Shown here piece by piece: positions 41,008 through 44,416 of a stretch of DNA of 44,416 nt. Each line of letters begins with the position of its first letter. Within the stretch, counting starts at the first letter, position 1. The notes beneath the pieces are model-generated. The model made no database searches and was not told the DNA's origin. It saw nothing but the letters and a program-made list of their open reading frames with translations. Made by a program: the position numbers and the translations under genes. Source of the stretch: Candidatus Methylomirabilia bacterium (GTDB lineage: Bacteria; Methylomirabilota; Methylomirabilia; Rokubacteriales; CSP1-6); NCBI GenBank assembly GCA_041496385.1, contig JBGQEL010000028.1:1-44416 (forward strand). The letters run 5' to 3'.

Positions 41008-41970
41008 TCAGGCGTGAAAGCTTCGGCGGCCGTCCTCGCGGGTCCAGTAGCGGAGCATGTGGCGCTTCTGGGTCGCGTCGTCGGCATCGCGGAAGCTGGT
41101 GCGGCTGTGGGCGAACTGGCGGTTGTCCAGCACCTGGAGCTGGCCGCGCCCGATGGTGAGCTCGATCGCGAGCTCGGGCGAGTCGGCGACGGCCTGCAGG
41201 GCGGCGAGCGCTTCCTGGCCCTCGGCGTCGAGCGGCTCGCCGGCGAGCGTCTGGCCCGTGGCGACGAGCGCCGCGTTCAGACGGGCGAGCAGGGCGCGGC
41301 CGTCGTACTGGAAGATCGGCTGGCGCGCGTACGTGTCGGCGTCCGCCGCGTGCTCGGCCTGGCGGTCCCAGCAGAACGGGCGATAGAGCCGCGGCAGGAG
41401 CTGCGGATGGCGCCGTCGCATCTCGTCGTGCACGCTGCAGAGGCTCAGGAAGCGGCTCACGCCACCCTCGCGGGCGGGACGCAGGCAGAGCAGCGCGACG
41501 AGCTCGGGCGGCGCGTCGAGCCACGGTCCGTCGGTGTGAAAGAGCAGCTCGAGACTGGTCACCGACCGCCGCACGCCGTACTCGAGCGATTTCCCGGTGT
41601 CGCGCACGTCGTAGATCATGGCGCCGTCCCACTTCTGGGCCACGGGGCGTCCGAGCAGGCTCGACAGGAGCCAGCCGACGGCGCGGCACTCGTCGGCCGA
41701 ATAGCGATCGACCGGGACGCCGTCGACCACGGCCAGGCCGATCCCCTGACGCAGCATCGTGCGCGCCCGGGCCATGACGCCGGCACAGGCCGACAGCGCG
41801 AACTGCGAGGGCTCGCGCAACAGCTCGGGGAGAGGATCTCGCCGGAGCTGCCCGACGGCCGCGTCGAGCTCGCCGACGCAGGCGGGCGAGAGCGGGATCA
41901 GCCAGTCCTCGGGGCCGATGACCTCACGCCGCCACGCGCGTGGATCGCCGATCTCCGCCTGGAGCACCAT
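41008..41970 (-). CDS. TauD/TfdA-family Fe(II)/2-oxoglutarate dioxygenase
   Basis: FHTD...DNRQFAHSR facial triad plus the 2OG-binding Arg region. Confidence 0.9.
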   Translation of the reverse strand: MVLQAEIGDPRAWRREVIGPEDWLIPLSPACVGELDAAVGQLRRDPLPELLREPSQFALSACAGVMARARTMLRQGIGLAVVDGVPVDRYSADECRAVGWLLSSLLGRPVAQKWDGAMIYDVRDTGKSLEYGVRRSVTSLELLFHTDGPWLDAPPELVALLCLRPAREGGVSRFLSLCSVHDEMRRRHPQLLPRLYRPFCWDRQAEHAADADTYARQPIFQYDGRALLARLNAALVATGQTLAGEPLDAEGQEALAALQAVADSPELAIELTIGRGQLQVLDNRQFAHSRTSFRDADDATQKRHMLRYWTREDGRRSFHA

Positions 41971-41981
41971 CGTCCCCGCCC

Positions 41982-42392
41982 TCAGGCCTCGAGGACGCGG
42001 TAGCCCCGGCTGTCGCTCGGCGCACCGTCCTTGTAGTCGACGATGCGCTTCGGGGAGGCGTGGGTGCCGAGCAGGCGCAGGATCTCGTCTCCCACGACGC
42101 GGAAGGCGTGCGGCGTCTCGGGCGGCAGCGCGATCGTGTCGCCCCGGCGGAGCAGGACGCGGCGCTCCTCCTGCCCGTCGATCCAGGCCTCGGCGGTGCC
42201 GTCGAGGATATGCAGGATCTCGACGTACGGGTGCGAGTGCACCGGGGCGACGTAGCCGGGTTGCGCCGTCTGGATTCCGGTGCGGAGCGGCGTGGTCCCA
42301 GCGTCGTCACCGATGATCAACCGGTAGTCGGACAGCGGGCCGAAGCTGACGGGCTCGGTGTCCTCGAGCCTCACGACCTTGAGATCACCCAT
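41982..42392 (-). CDS. Cupin domain protein
   Basis: HSHPYVE...GDTIALPPETPHAF; GGAGG SD before ATG 42392. Confidence 0.88.
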   Translation of the reverse strand: MGDLKVVRLEDTEPVSFGPLSDYRLIIGDDAGTTPLRTGIQTAQPGYVAPVHSHPYVEILHILDGTAEAWIDGQEERRVLLRRGDTIALPPETPHAFRVVGDEILRLLGTHASPKRIVDYKDGAPSDSRGYRVLEA

Positions 42393-42465
42393 GACGCCTC
42401 CTCCGAGATTGCCACGTATAGTCGCGCGGGCGGGCGGGCGGCGCAAGACCGTCACGCCGCGGCGG

Positions 42466-44416
42466 CTAGGGCGCCAGGTATTTGGCGAACCAGTCGAGGA
42501 TGATCCGGAAGCGCTCGAGGCGGTGGCGCGGCTTGCCCGACCGGGTCAGCTCGTGGTTCTCGTCGGGAAACCGGACGAGGACGACCTCGCGCCGGAGCTT
42601 CTTGAGCGCGACGAAGAGCTGCTCGGCTTGCTCCATGGGGCAGCGAAGATCGTCTTCCGAATGGAGGATGAGGAGCGGGGTCGTGATGTCCTTGGCGTAG
42701 CTGAGGGGCGAGCGGGCGAGGTAGGTGTCCATGTCCTCCCACGGCAGGACGCCGCCCAGCTCCACCGCGTTGAACAGGTAGCCGATGTCGCTCGTCCCGA
42801 ACATGCTCGCCTGGCTGTTGACGGCGCGTTCGGAGCAGGCCGCGCGGAACCGTTTCGAGTGCCCGACGATCCAGCTCGTCATGAAGCCGCCGTAGCTGCC
42901 GCCCATCAGGCCGAGGCGCGCGGCGTCGATCCAGTCGCAGCGGCGCAGCGCCTCGTCGAGCCCCGCCTGCACGTCCGCCGCGTCGCCGCCGCCCCAGTCG
43001 CCCACCACCGCGCGCGTGAACGCCTCGCCGTAGCCCTGGCTCCCGCGCGGGTTCGTGTAGACGACCGCGTACCCCGCGCCCGCGTACACCTGGAACTCGT
43101 CGAAGAAGATGGACCCGTACTGCGCGTGCGGGCCGCCGTGGACGTTGACGAGGCCCGGGTATCGCCGCCCCGGCTCGAAACCGAACGGCTTCATGACCCA
43201 CCCGTCGACGGTGAAGCCCGCCCGCTCGAAGCGAAAGCGCTCGGGCCGGCTCAGCGCGACCTCGCCCTTCCACTCGCGGTTGAGCTCGGTGAGCTGGCGC
43301 TCGCCGCCGCCGTCCGCGCCGCAGAGAAAGACCTCCGGCGGCGACAGCGGGTCGCTCGCGGTGAACGCGAGCAGCCGGCCGTCGCGCGAGGCCGAGTATC
43401 CCGTGACCGCGCGATCGCCGCCGACGATCCGCGTGGGCGTCCCACCCCGCGCGCCGACGGCGTAGACGCCCAGCGTGCCCTGGTCCTCGGCGGCGAGCGT
43501 GACCGCCGCGCCGTCCGGCCTCCAGAGCGGCCGGACGGGGAGCGCCGCGCACGAGCGGTCGAAGTCCCGCGTGAGACAGGTGGCGGCGCCACCGGCGATG
43601 GGCACCGTGAACAGGCGCGCGTTCCGGCCGAACTCGCTTCGCGTCTCGCGCCCGAGATAGGCGACCGTGGCGCCGTCGGGCGAAAACGCGGGGAGCCCGG
43701 CCGGTCCCGAGGTCGCCGTCAGCCGCCGCGGCTCACCGCCGTCCGGCGAGACGAGCCAGATGTCGCCGGCGTCGTCGTGGTCGCGGTCGTCGTGCCGGGC
43801 CGACGCGAAGGCGATCCACCGACCGTCCGGCGACCAGACGGCGTCCGCGTGGTCGAAGTCACCGGACGTGAGCTGGCGCGCCTCGCCGCCCGCGGCGGGC
43901 ACGACGAAGACGTGCGGCCGGCGATCGTAGGTGAAGCCCTCGCCGTTCAGCTTGTGCCTGAGCGAGGTGATGACCCGCGCGGGCCGAGACTTTTTCTTCT
44001 CCTCCTCGTCCTCGGGCTCCTGCCAGCCGCCCACGCGCGCGACGAATGCGAGGTGCCGGCCGTCGGGCGACCACTCCGGGGCGCCCACGCCGTTCTTGAG
44101 ATCGGTGACCCGCGTCGGCTCGCCGCCGTGGGCCGGCATGAGGTAGAGCTGGCCCTTCTTGCCGCGATCCCGCTCGGAGACGAAGGAGAGCTGCGTGCCG
44201 TCCGGCGACCAGCGCGGCGCGGTGTCCCGTAGCGGGCCTGTCGTGAATCGCCGGGGCTCGCCGCCGGCCGTCTCCACCAGCCAGATGCTCGACAGGTACT
44301 GGTCCTTCTCCTCGGAGAGCGCCGTCACGACGAAGGCGACCGTGCTCCCGTCCGGAGACATCTGCGGATCGCCGGCGAAGCGGATGCGCATCAGGTCCTG
44401 CGGCACCATGGGACGC
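42466..44416 (-). CDS. S9 family peptidase (acylaminoacyl/dipeptidyl peptidase) with beta-propeller; start probably outside the window
   Basis: WSPDG repeats, HGGP, GGSYGG nucleophile, DLRC and ENH triad residues; frame open to the window edge (RPMVPQDL). Confidence 0.93.
   Translation of the reverse strand, partial: RPMVPQDLMRIRFAGDPQMSPDGSTVAFVVTALSEEKDQYLSSIWLVETAGGEPRRFTTGPLRDTAPRWSPDGTQLSFVSERDRGKKGQLYLMPAHGGEPTRVTDLKNGVGAPEWSPDGRHLAFVARVGGWQEPEDEEEKKKSRPARVITSLRHKLNGEGFTYDRRPHVFVVPAAGGEARQLTSGDFDHADAVWSPDGRWIAFASARHDDRDHDDAGDIWLVSPDGGEPRRLTATSGPAGLPAFSPDGATVAYLGRETRSEFGRNARLFTVPIAGGAATCLTRDFDRSCAALPVRPLWRPDGAAVTLAAEDQGTLGVYAVGARGGTPTRIVGGDRAVTGYSASRDGRLLAFTASDPLSPPEVFLCGADGGGERQLTELNREWKGEVALSRPERFRFERAGFTVDGWVMKPFGFEPGRRYPGLVNVHGGPHAQYGSIFFDEFQVYAGAGYAVVYTNPRGSQGYGEAFTRAVVGDWGGGDAADVQAGLDEALRRCDWIDAARLGLMGGSYGGFMTSWIVGHSKRFRAACSERAVNSQASMFGTSDIGYLFNAVELGGVLPWEDMDTYLARSPLSYAKDITTPLLILHSEDDLRCPMEQAEQLFVALKKLRREVVLVRFPDENHELTRSGKPRHRLERFRIILDWFAKYLAP

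Overview
Very GC-rich bacterial chromosomal segment. Gene content and style suggest Methylomirabilota/Ca. Rokubacteria, but this is inference only. Bases 1-17.8 kb are a minus-strand housekeeping run: aroF with a leader, a TonB-like gene, tRNA-Val, thrS-infC-rpmI-rplT-pheS-pheT-zapB-like-zapA, an inverted crotonase gene, 6S RNA, then rny-ymdB-folD-xseA-xseB-ispA-eno-ftsB-GT2. The rest is accessory or metabolic: an amidase, an ABC-type binding protein, secreted hypotheticals, an amidohydrolase, a chaperone/protease operon (hsp20-lon-dedA-clpB), a possible aromatic catabolism cluster (Rieske oxygenase, LigB-like dioxygenase, ABC transporter, VOC, SDR, TauD, cupin) and an S9 peptidase. Best candidate for an undescribed system: a 3-gene operon at 21114-23097 encoding an NHLP/Os1348-like leader-only small protein, a stand-alone cNMP-binding protein, and a membrane protein fusing an RRE(PqqD)-like domain to an M50-like domain whose HExxH reads HQxxH, with no RiPP-modifying enzyme nearby. 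Other unannotated features: a Trp/Phe/Tyr-rich leader-peptide attenuator before aroF, a CTAG-flanked palindromic MITE-like element, probable non-canonical starts for thrS (CTG) and infC (ATC), recurrent leaderless-type promoters, and two internally deleted gene remnants. All family assignments come from motif recognition by eye; no searches were run.
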